Shown here: piece by piece, positions 18,813 to 26,964 of the stretch
Numbering within the stretch: the stretch's first letter is position 1
How the letters are laid out: each line of letters begins with the position of its first letter
IMG/VR virus record: IMGVR_UViG_3300010354_000097
Location: 1-59,472 of that record
Strand: one strand, 5' to 3'
DNA from: a virus
Lineage: Duplodnaviria > Caudoviricetes
Length of the DNA: 59,472 bases
Translations under genes and position numbers: made by a program
The notes under the pieces: model-generated
The model's database searches: none
What the model was told of the DNA's origin: nothing
The model's input: the letters and a program-made list of their open reading frames with translations, nothing else

Positions 18813-18885
18813 TATAGTGGACTGCTAGACTTTCATCCCACTCTAAAAATTCTGCAAGTCATCAAACTTACTCTAGAGAGGCAAG
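18813..18885 (+). ncRNA. preQ1-I-like riboswitch candidate in the queD leader
   Basis: P1 AGTGG(18816-20)/CCACT(18838-42), CATCCCAC core, A-rich tail TAAAAA, pseudoknot options, and an RBS hairpin at 18867-18885. Confidence 0.55.
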
Positions 18886-18887
18886 AG

Positions 18888-19442
18888 ATGGCAAAATCTT
18901 CAACACAAGAACTAATCCGTCATATGGAACAGAACTTTCCTTATCGCGGACCCGTTACTTACAAATACACTAGCACAAAGGAATATCACGATTCATTTCC
19001 TTGTGCATATCGTCAATGGCGAGCTGACAGTCATTGTAATCTAATTCATGGTTACAGTTTTAGTATGAAATTTTATTTCGGCACCAATGATCTTGACGTT
19101 CGCAATTGGGCTGCTGACTATGGTGGTCTAAAAGAACTTAAAAAAATTCTCGAAGATCAATTTGATCATACTTTACTAGTAGCCGAAGATGATCCAGAGT
19201 TAGAAACATTTAAACTGCTACAGGAAAAACATTTAGCCAAATTAACTATCCTTCCGCGACTAGGTTGTGAAGGTCTGGCTGATATGTTGTATAAGTATGT
19301 TAACGGAGTTTATATTCCAGATATGTGGGGACCGGGAGAAGCTGCCCGTCTCTGGTGTTATCGTGTAGAAGTTCGAGAAACACAAAGCAATATGGCATTT
19401 AGAGAAGGGCACAGAGAATGGGAAGAAAATCTCCTTGATTAA
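18888..19442 (+). CDS. queD: 6-carboxy-5,6,7,8-tetrahydropterin synthase
   Basis: HCNLIHGYS, DYGGLK, FDHTLLV, GCEGLA and VEVRET. Confidence 0.9.
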   Translation: MAKSSTQELIRHMEQNFPYRGPVTYKYTSTKEYHDSFPCAYRQWRADSHCNLIHGYSFSMKFYFGTNDLDVRNWAADYGGLKELKKILEDQFDHTLLVAEDDPELETFKLLQEKHLAKLTILPRLGCEGLADMLYKYVNGVYIPDMWGPGEAARLWCYRVEVRETQSNMAFREGHREWEENLLD

Positions 19443-19650
19443 TTTAGAATGGATTTTAAAATGGGGTGCTACTGCGTTAATTTTAATTGCTACTGTAGCA
19501 ACTAGTTTTGATTTTACACCTTTAAATAAATGGTTATTTTTAATAGGTAGCCTTTGTTGGGCATGGGTAGGATATCTATGGCGTCAACCTAGTTTATTAG
19601 TATTAAATAGTATTACATCTGCAATTTATATTGCCGGAATTTATTTTTAA
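19435..19650 (+). CDS. Small 3-TM membrane protein (PnuC/SemiSWEET-like half transporter?)
   Basis: 71 aa, three hydrophobic segments, W...WRQPSLLVLN. Confidence 0.55.
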   Translation: MINLEWILKWGATALILIATVATSFDFTPLNKWLFLIGSLCWAWVGYLWRQPSLLVLNSITSAIYIAGIYF

Positions 19651-20448
19651 ATGCACCTCGATATTATATTAAGAACTCATTATCAATCATCTAAAAACAA
19701 TTCTAACTTAGTTAGAATTTGTGGTCCAGATAGAAAAGAAATGATTCTTCGATGTTTAATTTCGTTGGTAAATGCTATCAACAATTGTAATCTTTTACCA
19801 ATAAATCTGGTAATACTAGACGATCACAGTGACAGTGATATTATTGATGAATATCAAAAAATTTTAAAAAAAGCTCAATGTAGTGTTGATTTCGTTAATT
19901 TAGAAGTCACCGGTATTAATCTTCCTTGCTTTGAACAAGCTAAACGAGCATCCGAATCGACCGGATTAGTTTATATGGTAGAGGACGATTATCTACACGA
20001 ACCTAATGCAATAAATTCATTGATAACTGCATTTTATACATTAGACCATAATTTAAAACAAAAAGTTGCATTATATCCGTTTGATTGTCCTTTTCGTTAT
20101 GTTAATCCCGAACCATCATTGATATTATATGATGGCACCAGATATTGGAGAGGGATCAAACAAACAACTTTTGTAATATTTTCCCACAGTGAATTATTTA
20201 AAAATTTTTTTCATCTTTTTAAAGAAATGAGTCTAGGGATGCCACATGTCTACGAGGGCGAAACAATTAATTTAATGTATAAAGATGTTGTTACTCAAAC
20301 CGGCGAGATAATGGCTTTTTGCCCAATTCCTTCAGTCGCGTATCATTTAGGATATCAAGAACCGGCAAGAATTCTAACTGACCATTTAAACTGGGAATCT
20401 TTATGGAATTCCATTGATTACAAACCTGTTGCTTCTAATCAAAAATAG
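19651..20448 (+). CDS. Glycosyltransferase, GT-A fold (GT2-like)
   Basis: ILDDHS, YMVEDDYLH and PIPSVAYH. Confidence 0.8.
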   Translation: MHLDIILRTHYQSSKNNSNLVRICGPDRKEMILRCLISLVNAINNCNLLPINLVILDDHSDSDIIDEYQKILKKAQCSVDFVNLEVTGINLPCFEQAKRASESTGLVYMVEDDYLHEPNAINSLITAFYTLDHNLKQKVALYPFDCPFRYVNPEPSLILYDGTRYWRGIKQTTFVIFSHSELFKNFFHLFKEMSLGMPHVYEGETINLMYKDVVTQTGEIMAFCPIPSVAYHLGYQEPARILTDHLNWESLWNSIDYKPVASNQK

Positions 20449-20479
20449 TTTTATAATTGTAAAAAATTTAAGGTTGCTT

Positions 20480-21334
20480 ATGTCAAAAATTAAGATCAGT
20501 GAATTATTTTATTCTATTCAAGGCGAAGGACGTTACATGGGAGTACCTAGTGTATTCCTAAGAACATTCGGTTGTAATTTTACTTGTAGTGGATTTGGAA
20601 TGCTTACAGGAGAAATCAGCCGAGAACGCGACGATGTAGCAGCCAACGTAACCTTCTACGCTAATTATAAAGATTTACCTTTAGTAAGTACCGGCTGCGA
20701 TAGCTATGCCAGCTGGGACCCAAGATTTAAACATCTTAGCCCTGTAGTCGAAGTCGATGGATTAGCACAAAATATCGTCGATCTATTACCGCACAAAGAA
20801 TGGCGAGACGAGCATTTGGTTATTACCGGCGGAGAGCCCTTACTGGGATGGCAACGTGCTTACCCAGATTTATTAAATCATTCTCTCATGAGAAGGCTCA
20901 GCGAAATTACTTTCGAAACAAATGGCACACAACCATTGGAAGAAAAATTCAAAGAGTCCTTGTTTGATTGGCTACGCTGGTATGTAACTTCTCCTAAAGA
21001 AATTACTTTTTCGGTTTCGCCTAAACTAAGTGTCAGCGGAGAAAGTTGGGAAGATGCTATTAAACCCGATACAGTTGTCGATTATCAATCAATTGGATAT
21101 ACATATCTTAAATTTGTAGTCACTGGAGAAAAAGACACTGAAGAGATTCGTACTGCTGTTGACGAATATCGTATTGCAGGATTTACCGGACCGGTATACT
21201 TAATGCCAGTAGGCGGTGTAGAAACTGTTTACTCAATGAATAATCGTGCGGTAGCAGACTTGGCAATGAAATTAGGATACAGGTATAGTGACCGATTACA
21301 AGTTCCACTATTTAAAAATGCCTGGGGGACCTGA
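20480..21334 (+). CDS. queE: 7-carboxy-7-deazaguanine synthase (radical SAM)
   Basis: ELFYSIQGEG, FLRTFGCNFTC...GCDS, ITGGEP, ETNGT and SVSPK. Start moved to ATG 20480. Confidence 0.93.
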   Translation: MSKIKISELFYSIQGEGRYMGVPSVFLRTFGCNFTCSGFGMLTGEISRERDDVAANVTFYANYKDLPLVSTGCDSYASWDPRFKHLSPVVEVDGLAQNIVDLLPHKEWRDEHLVITGGEPLLGWQRAYPDLLNHSLMRRLSEITFETNGTQPLEEKFKESLFDWLRWYVTSPKEITFSVSPKLSVSGESWEDAIKPDTVVDYQSIGYTYLKFVVTGEKDTEEIRTAVDEYRIAGFTGPVYLMPVGGVETVYSMNNRAVADLAMKLGYRYSDRLQVPLFKNAWGT

Positions 21335-21363
21335 CTATAATAGTGGGCACATCAAAAAATAAA

Positions 21364-21822
21364 ATGGCTAGTAATTTATTAGATGGAAGGCACAGCAAAG
21401 ATCTTGAAGTAGATAATCTTCTGGTGCCTTTTATCAATCGCAATGCATCAACATATCCGACCGAAATTGGTAGTGCTGCTTTTGCTCCTGTACCAATCAA
21501 AGAACAAAAAGATATAATGCTAAATGTTGCTAGAGCAAATGCTGAACAAGAATTTCAACGTATAATGGATTTAGTCGAAGTCTTAAAAAAACAAGCTAAC
21601 GATCTTGAACAGCGATTGCTCTTAACTGAAAAAATTCATCAGGCGAAATTCAATTTTAAACCAGTGGTAAACTCGATATATTGGGTAGTTCAAGTTGACA
21701 CAGATCAAATATTAACTCCTCTAGGTCCTAATGATTGGTCTACCGGTGCTCCAAATAATTATAAGTACATGTATAAAGTTAAATTCTTAGGAGACTATAC
21801 TTGGATCAATATAGAATCTTAA
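21364..21822 (+). CDS. DUF2452-like hypothetical protein
   Basis: YPTEIGSAAFAP, AKFNFKPVV..IY and PNDW pattern. Confidence 0.6.
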   Translation: MASNLLDGRHSKDLEVDNLLVPFINRNASTYPTEIGSAAFAPVPIKEQKDIMLNVARANAEQEFQRIMDLVEVLKKQANDLEQRLLLTEKIHQAKFNFKPVVNSIYWVVQVDTDQILTPLGPNDWSTGAPNNYKYMYKVKFLGDYTWINIES

Positions 21823-21838
21823 ATAAGGAAAAAAATAA

Positions 21839-22225
21839 ATGTCGATAATGAATCTCTTTAAGAAAAAACCTACTACAAAACCACCCAAAGAAGAAAAAGT
21901 TGTTCGTCAATCTTCAACGAAAGAAATAAGTGAAAAAGATCAATTTACACAACGTGGAGAACCCTGGGTTAAAGTAATTGGATTCGAATTAGATAAACAA
22001 AATATCGGCACCGGGGCTATCGAACTCGACTATAATGATATTTTTGTAGCAAGACTGGTAAAAGCCGGTTATCGCGGAAAAGATGATAGACAAATCGTAG
22101 ACCAATGGTTTACTGATATTTGTCGTAATATTGTTTTATAAACATTCGAACAAGAGCAAGCTGACCCCGATAAAAGAATGATTAATCGAAAAGATATCGG
22201 TGGCGGCCGATCTGAATTTAGTTGA
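21839..22225 (+). CDS. Hypothetical protein interrupted by an in-frame TAA at 22139-22141
   Basis: After the stop the frame continues for 27 sense codons (TFEQEQADPDKRMINRKDIGGGRSEFS) to TGA at 22223-22225, filling the gap up to the next promoter. Confidence 0.55.
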
Positions 22226-22250
22226 CAACAAAAAAGAATTTTGTTATAAT
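22222..22250 (+). promoter_or_regulatory. Consensus sigma70 promoter
   Basis: TTGACA-17 bp-TATAAT. Confidence 0.85.
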
Positions 22251-22281
22251 TGGCTTATCCTAACTGTCTAAGGACTTATCG

Positions 22282-23283
22282 ATGAGTCGTTTTATACTTG
22301 TAGATTTTACAAATCTATATTTTCGAGGTCGGCATACTGCAACTAGAGCAGCAGATCTCGAAGATCGCCTTGGTATGGCTGTTCATACCACATTAGCTAG
22401 TATTAATAAATGTTGGCGGCTGCTCAAAGGCGATCATGTTATTATTGCATTAGAAGGACGCAGTTGGCGTCGTGATCATTATCCACAATATAAAGCACAA
22501 AGGCATGAAGCTCGTGCTGCTCTAAGTCCCAAAGAAGCTGCCGAGGATCGAGCATTCTGGGAAACTCTTGATCAACTTAAAGAATTTTTTATAGACAAAA
22601 CTAATTGCACGATTCTACACCACCCTAATCTCGAAGCCGACGATCTTATTGCAGGGTGGATCCAAAATCATCCCGACGACCATCACGTTATTGTTAGTAC
22701 CGACGGAGACTTTGCTCAACTTCTGGCAGAAAATGTTGAACAATACAACGGAGTTACTGGCCAAATTATTAACCTAAAAGGTTACTTTGACGAGCGTGGC
22801 AAACCTGTAGTAGATAAAAAAACCAAAGAAGTCAAAGGAGCACCGGATCCCGAATGGCTTCTATTTGAAAAATGTATGCGTGGTGATGTTAGTGATAATA
22901 TCTTTAGTGCTTATCCCGGTGTTAGAACCAAAGGAACAAAAAACAAAATTGGGTTGATTGAGGCATTTAACGACCGTTATAACAAAGGTTATACCTGGAA
23001 TAATTTAATGCTTCAACGTTGGACCGACCACGAAGGTAAAGAAAATCGAGTTATCGATTGCTATAACAGAAATGTATTACTGTGCGATCTACGTGCCCAA
23101 CCCGAAGAAGTTAAAAATCAAATTCAAGAAACGATCCAATCGGCTAGTGTACCTAGATCAAAACCACAGATTGGAATGCATTTTATGAAATTTTGTGGTC
23201 GACATAATCTTATAAAAATTAGCGAGCAGGCTCAACAATATGCAGAAATTTTCTCAGCAGGATATCCTGTCGATTCCCAGTAA
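22282..23283 (+). CDS. rnh: T4-like RNase H / 5'-3' flap exonuclease
   Basis: ILVDFTN, SWRRDHYPQYKAQR, LEADDLI, STDGDFAQL and GDVSDNI. Confidence 0.9.
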   Translation: MSRFILVDFTNLYFRGRHTATRAADLEDRLGMAVHTTLASINKCWRLLKGDHVIIALEGRSWRRDHYPQYKAQRHEARAALSPKEAAEDRAFWETLDQLKEFFIDKTNCTILHHPNLEADDLIAGWIQNHPDDHHVIVSTDGDFAQLLAENVEQYNGVTGQIINLKGYFDERGKPVVDKKTKEVKGAPDPEWLLFEKCMRGDVSDNIFSAYPGVRTKGTKNKIGLIEAFNDRYNKGYTWNNLMLQRWTDHEGKENRVIDCYNRNVLLCDLRAQPEEVKNQIQETIQSASVPRSKPQIGMHFMKFCGRHNLIKISEQAQQYAEIFSAGYPVDSQ

Positions 23284-23863
23284 CGACAAATATCTAATCC
23301 AACTTATTAAACCAGATTTAATTAATGGCCCCTGGATCGCCGGCGGAGCGGTTATTCAATGGTTTAATGGTCTTCCTGTGAGATCTCACGATGTAGATAT
23401 ATTTTTTAAAAATAGTAGTCAGTATCACTTGTATGAAAAATTTTTTCAACAATCAATAGTTTCATCATACGACTACCCGACATCAACCCCGAACGATCTT
23501 AAAGATTGTTCATTGGTATTTGATAGTCCAAAAGCCAAAACATACAAATACCAACATTGGAAAATACAGCTAATTAAAACAAATTTTTTCAACTCAATTA
23601 ATGATCTATTAGATCATTTTGATATTACTGCCTGTAAACTAGCCACAGACGGGAAACGATGGTACACTAATCATCCATCAACTATCAATCATATAGAAAA
23701 TAAAATTCTAGACATGGATCTTCTACGTCCCGAAATGGCTGTTAAGAGGTTATTTAAATATTGGATTTATGGTTATCAACCAACGGTGGAACTAATTGAA
23801 CGCATTCAGCAAACTCCTAACATCGAAAACGACTTTGCCTACTCGACTGATTACGACTCCTGA
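23240..23863 (+). CDS. Nucleotidyltransferase (PolA/CCA-like head domain)
   Basis: WIAGGAV, DVDIFF and FDITAC; start codon uncertain. Confidence 0.75.
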   Translation: MQKFSQQDILSIPSNDKYLIQLIKPDLINGPWIAGGAVIQWFNGLPVRSHDVDIFFKNSSQYHLYEKFFQQSIVSSYDYPTSTPNDLKDCSLVFDSPKAKTYKYQHWKIQLIKTNFFNSINDLLDHFDITACKLATDGKRWYTNHPSTINHIENKILDMDLLRPEMAVKRLFKYWIYGYQPTVELIERIQQTPNIENDFAYSTDYDS

Positions 23864-24206
23864 ATATACCTGGAGTCTAATTAGCCCTACACCGATCTAT
23901 GTTGAAGGGTCCGATCCTCATCTTTATTGGTGGAAAGGTGTAGGACTGACTGAGCCAATGTTATTATGCTTGGTAGGAAAATATTGTTTTAGTATTAGTC
24001 CTACACCTGAATGCAGAGATATTGCTATACGCAGTCAATATGAAGCCGAGAGGAATCATGCATTTGAGGGACAAGATACCTTCGAAGGAGACTTACCCAC
24101 TGATATGCATTTTCATAACATTGACTTAATCTTTGCACGTAAAGAGCGTAAAATACATCAAGTAAAAGAAGTACTCAACTGGATTAAAAAAAGGAAAAAT
24201 AAATGA
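23796..24206 (+). CDS. Hypothetical protein
   Basis: ORF fills the operon gap; start uncertain. Confidence 0.5.
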   Translation: MNAFSKLLTSKTTLPTRLITTPEYTWSLISPTPIYVEGSDPHLYWWKGVGLTEPMLLCLVGKYCFSISPTPECRDIAIRSQYEAERNHAFEGQDTFEGDLPTDMHFHNIDLIFARKERKIHQVKEVLNWIKKRKNK

Positions 24207-24670
24207 TCGCTAAACCTGTTGTAAAAAACAAATTCTGGATTGTAGAGCACCAAGGAGAAAAGGTCGCTACAATTCAACGTTGCGACCAAGGCCTGACCTG
24301 GGTCTGCGATAATCAACGACAAAGATTCGATAGTTTTGATAATTTAAAAAATCATTACAATCTTAATGTCGATAAATGGCGTAATAGCACCTCTAAAACA
24401 AATTCTAATTCAGTTTACAAATATCCTTGTGATTCTGTGCCATACAACTCGGTTTGGGATTTAAGGCATCGAGTTCCACTTTATACAAAGACTAAAAAAA
24501 GTCGTTGTTATTATGCTGCTGGATATTATGTAATGGATGGTCAGATTGTTTTTTGTCCTAAATATATTTTTATAAATAGAGTAGAGTTCAAAGGCCCATT
24601 TTTTACAGAACAAGAAGCTGAACAACAAAATCATGGACAAACCACTACCTATAACACCCAGTCTGAATAA
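24203..24670 (+). CDS. Hypothetical protein
   Basis: AAGGA RBS; PLYTKTKKSRCYYAAGYY and FCPK. Confidence 0.65.
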   Translation: MIAKPVVKNKFWIVEHQGEKVATIQRCDQGLTWVCDNQRQRFDSFDNLKNHYNLNVDKWRNSTSKTNSNSVYKYPCDSVPYNSVWDLRHRVPLYTKTKKSRCYYAAGYYVMDGQIVFCPKYIFINRVEFKGPFFTEQEAEQQNHGQTTTYNTQSE

Positions 24671-24854
24671 ATTTATCGAAAAAGTCCGTGTGCTGAATCA
24701 AAGTCAAAATAAATCTTTGGTGTTAACTGCTATAGAAGCAAGAAACATTGAATCAGATATTATGACTTTGCTAACCATGGTCGTGGATTTGCAGGCCGAA
24801 AAAATAAAACAAGCCCAAACTATTGAGATCGATCTTGGTGGTTCAAAATTTTAA
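24633..24854 (+). CDS. Hypothetical protein
   Basis: TATAAATA at 24571-24578 upstream; ends with DLGGSKF. Confidence 0.6.
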   Translation: MDKPLPITPSLNKFIEKVRVLNQSQNKSLVLTAIEARNIESDIMTLLTMVVDLQAEKIKQAQTIEIDLGGSKF

Positions 24855-24861
24855 ATAATGT

Positions 24862-25173
24862 ATGAGTAGGCCTAAGCCAGAAATATTGCTAGAATCGGTT
24901 GATAAAAAAACCTATATCAGCGAACAAATCTTGAGCAGTCAAGGAATTTGGGCTGTTTACTATGACGGTAATCCTATTAATCTAAGAAATCAAAATCTTT
25001 TGGTTAGCTATCCTGGACCACGTTATAAAAAAACTGCTTTTGCTAATCCCGGTCATGCAATAAATCTAGCAAAAAAACTTAATTTGCATCATAAAACAAA
25101 TAAGTTTACTGTGGTACTACTCGATAAGGGAGAAACAATATATCCGTTGCCATCTCCAATAACAAAAGAATAA
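24862..25173 (+). CDS. Hypothetical protein
   Basis: MSRPKP...GPRYKKTAFANPGHAINLAKKLN; TAAATA at 24852-24857. Confidence 0.7.
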   Translation: MSRPKPEILLESVDKKTYISEQILSSQGIWAVYYDGNPINLRNQNLLVSYPGPRYKKTAFANPGHAINLAKKLNLHHKTNKFTVVLLDKGETIYPLPSPITKE

Positions 25174-25499
25174 AAGAAGAACTTGTTGAAAGCTTAATAA
25201 CATTAGCTCAAGAAAAAGGAATTAGTTCGTCTGAACTTAAACTAGAGTCTCGTCATTGGTGGTGGTCAAACGCTAATCTACGATTGACTCCCCAAGGGCA
25301 TTCTTATTTAAAAACAATGTTAGGGTTAGATAGCTATCATATTAAACTATCCGAACCACTCACAAATCGTCGACTAATTAAACTAGTTAACTATTGTAAA
25401 GGTCCGTTTTACATAAAAAATAGTTCCGAAGTCTGGTTATACAGCCAAAGCGATAGTGTTTTTTTAATATTAAATAACAACAATATCGACGGACTATAA
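25140..25499 (+). CDS. Hypothetical protein, start unresolved (possible ATA start)
   Basis: Frame is open from 25128; the track's TTG start at 25284 falls inside WWWSNANLRLTPQG. Confidence 0.45.
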   Translation: MSVAISNNKRIKEELVESLITLAQEKGISSSELKLESRHWWWSNANLRLTPQGHSYLKTMLGLDSYHIKLSEPLTNRRLIKLVNYCKGPFYIKNSSEVWLYSQSDSVFLILNNNNIDGL

Positions 25500-25506
25500 A
25501 ATTCGG

Positions 25507-25535
25507 TTGACATCTTTATTTTTTTATGCTACATT
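25507..25535 (+). promoter_or_regulatory. sigma70 promoter with extended -10
   Basis: TTGACA-17 bp-TACATT, with TGc immediately before the -10. Confidence 0.65.
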
Positions 25536-25541
25536 ACCACA

Positions 25542-25658
25542 ATGCTTAAAGTTATTTTTATTCTTATACTAATGGCATTTTTAATTTGGTCCGGTGTCTT
25601 AGGATGGGCATTAGAGGTCATTGGGTACACTGTTTGGTCCTTAGGACGGCTGATCTAA
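25542..25658 (+). CDS. 38-aa hydrophobic membrane peptide
   Basis: MLKVIFILILMAFLIWSGVLGWALEVIGYTVWSLGRLI; not in the ORF track; ATG sits at the expected +1 of the promoter. Confidence 0.6.
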   Translation: MLKVIFILILMAFLIWSGVLGWALEVIGYTVWSLGRLI

Positions 25659-25686
25659 ACTGTTGTAATAAAGCAACATTTCGAAC

Positions 25687-25715
25687 TTGACAAGAATTTT
25701 TAATTGTCATATAAT
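25687..25715 (+). promoter_or_regulatory. Consensus sigma70 promoter
   Basis: TTGACA-17 bp-TATAAT. Confidence 0.85.
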
Positions 25716-25751
25716 ACTGAAACTGTAACAAAACTTTCCAAGGAGATCCAA

Positions 25752-26855
25752 ATGACTACAGTTAGTCAAACACTCACTATTACTGCTCGCGAAGCTCGTC
25801 GAGCAATTGTTAAATGTTTTAAAACTCAACGCCCGGTGTTCCTGTGGGGGCCGCCCGGAATTGGCAAAAGTGAACTTGTTTCCACTATCGCTAGTGACCT
25901 AGGAGGTGCTTTTATCGACCTTCGCTTGGCACAAATGGAACCCACTGACATTCGTGGTATCCCATATTACAATAAAGAATTGAACAAAATGGATTGGGCT
26001 CCCCCGATTGATCTACCCGACGAAGAATTTGCATCGCAGTACCCGTTGGTTTGTCTATTCCTTGACGAGCTTAACTCAGCTAGTCCCAGTGTTCAGGCTA
26101 CTGCCTATCAGCTGATTCTCAACCGCCGTGTAGGCAAATATGTTTTGCCCGACAATGTAGTTCTAATCGCTGCCGGTAATCGTGAAAGCGACAAAGGTGT
26201 TACTTTCCGTATGCCTGCTCCGCTGGCTAACCGTTTCGTTCATTTTGAACTGCGAGTGGACTTTCCTAGCTGGGAAGAATGGGCTATTACTAACAAGATT
26301 CATAAAGATGTAGTCGGGTATCTTTCGTTTGCTAAACAGGATCTTTATGACTTTAATCCTAAGTCGTCTAATCGTTCGTTCGCTACTCCACGTTCGTGGT
26401 TCTTTGTTAGCGAACTGCTCAAAGACGAAGATTGCTCGCCCGACGAACTTACAATTCTAATTTCGGGTACAGTCGGCGAAGGTCTTGCTGCTAAGTTTAT
26501 GGCTCACCGTAAACTGTCTGGCAAATTGCCCAAACCTATCGACATCCTTGAGGGTCGCGAAAAAGATCTTGAGATCAAAGAAATCTCTGCCATGTACAGT
26601 CTGGCAGTTGGTCTCTGCTACGAACTTGTTGAAACTTTGGACAAGTTCGGACGCGAAGATAGCAAGAAATGGCACGAACAAGTGGATAATTTCTTCTCAT
26701 ACATGATGAAGAACTTCACCACCGAGACTACGGTTATGGCTGCTCGTGCTGCCCTCACTACCCATAATCTTCCGATCAGCCCTAACAAGCTCAAGACCTT
26801 TGACGAGTTCCATAAGAAATACGGCAAGTACATCATGGCCGCTGTCGGTGAATAA
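25752..26855 (+). CDS. MoxR-like AAA+ ATPase
   Basis: Walker A GPPGIGKS, Walker B LFLDE, AAGNR, PLANRF and TPRSW; AAGGAG RBS before ATG 25752. Confidence 0.92.
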   Translation: MTTVSQTLTITAREARRAIVKCFKTQRPVFLWGPPGIGKSELVSTIASDLGGAFIDLRLAQMEPTDIRGIPYYNKELNKMDWAPPIDLPDEEFASQYPLVCLFLDELNSASPSVQATAYQLILNRRVGKYVLPDNVVLIAAGNRESDKGVTFRMPAPLANRFVHFELRVDFPSWEEWAITNKIHKDVVGYLSFAKQDLYDFNPKSSNRSFATPRSWFFVSELLKDEDCSPDELTILISGTVGEGLAAKFMAHRKLSGKLPKPIDILEGREKDLEIKEISAMYSLAVGLCYELVETLDKFGREDSKKWHEQVDNFFSYMMKNFTTETTVMAARAALTTHNLPISPNKLKTFDEFHKKYGKYIMAAVGE

Positions 26856-26874
26856 TTAGCCCTTGGAAAGGCGG

Positions 26875-26906
26875 GGTGTGGCAGAAATGTCACACCTTTT
26901 TTTTTT
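26875..26906 (+). terminator. Rho-independent terminator
   Basis: GGTGTGGCA-GAAA-TGTCACACC stem followed by a T10 tract. Confidence 0.85.
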
Positions 26907-26908
26907 GG

Positions 26909-26937
26909 TTGACCAAAAAGATAAATTGTTATATAAT
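26909..26937 (+). promoter_or_regulatory. sigma70 promoter
   Basis: TTGACC-17 bp-TATAAT. Confidence 0.75.
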
Positions 26938-26964
26938 TACAAAATTGCAATAAGGAGTTATGGT

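Noticed and set aside
22139-22141. Stop-codon reassignment (alternative genetic code)
   Set aside because: Only one interrupted gene was seen. TAA, TGA and TAG all end intact genes, and very long ORFs are uninterrupted in the standard code.
26863-26964. N-terminal extension of the VWA protein in the ORF track
   Set aside because: This stretch holds a terminator, a promoter and an RBS, so the real start is ATG 26965. The same logic applies to 25704 versus 25752.
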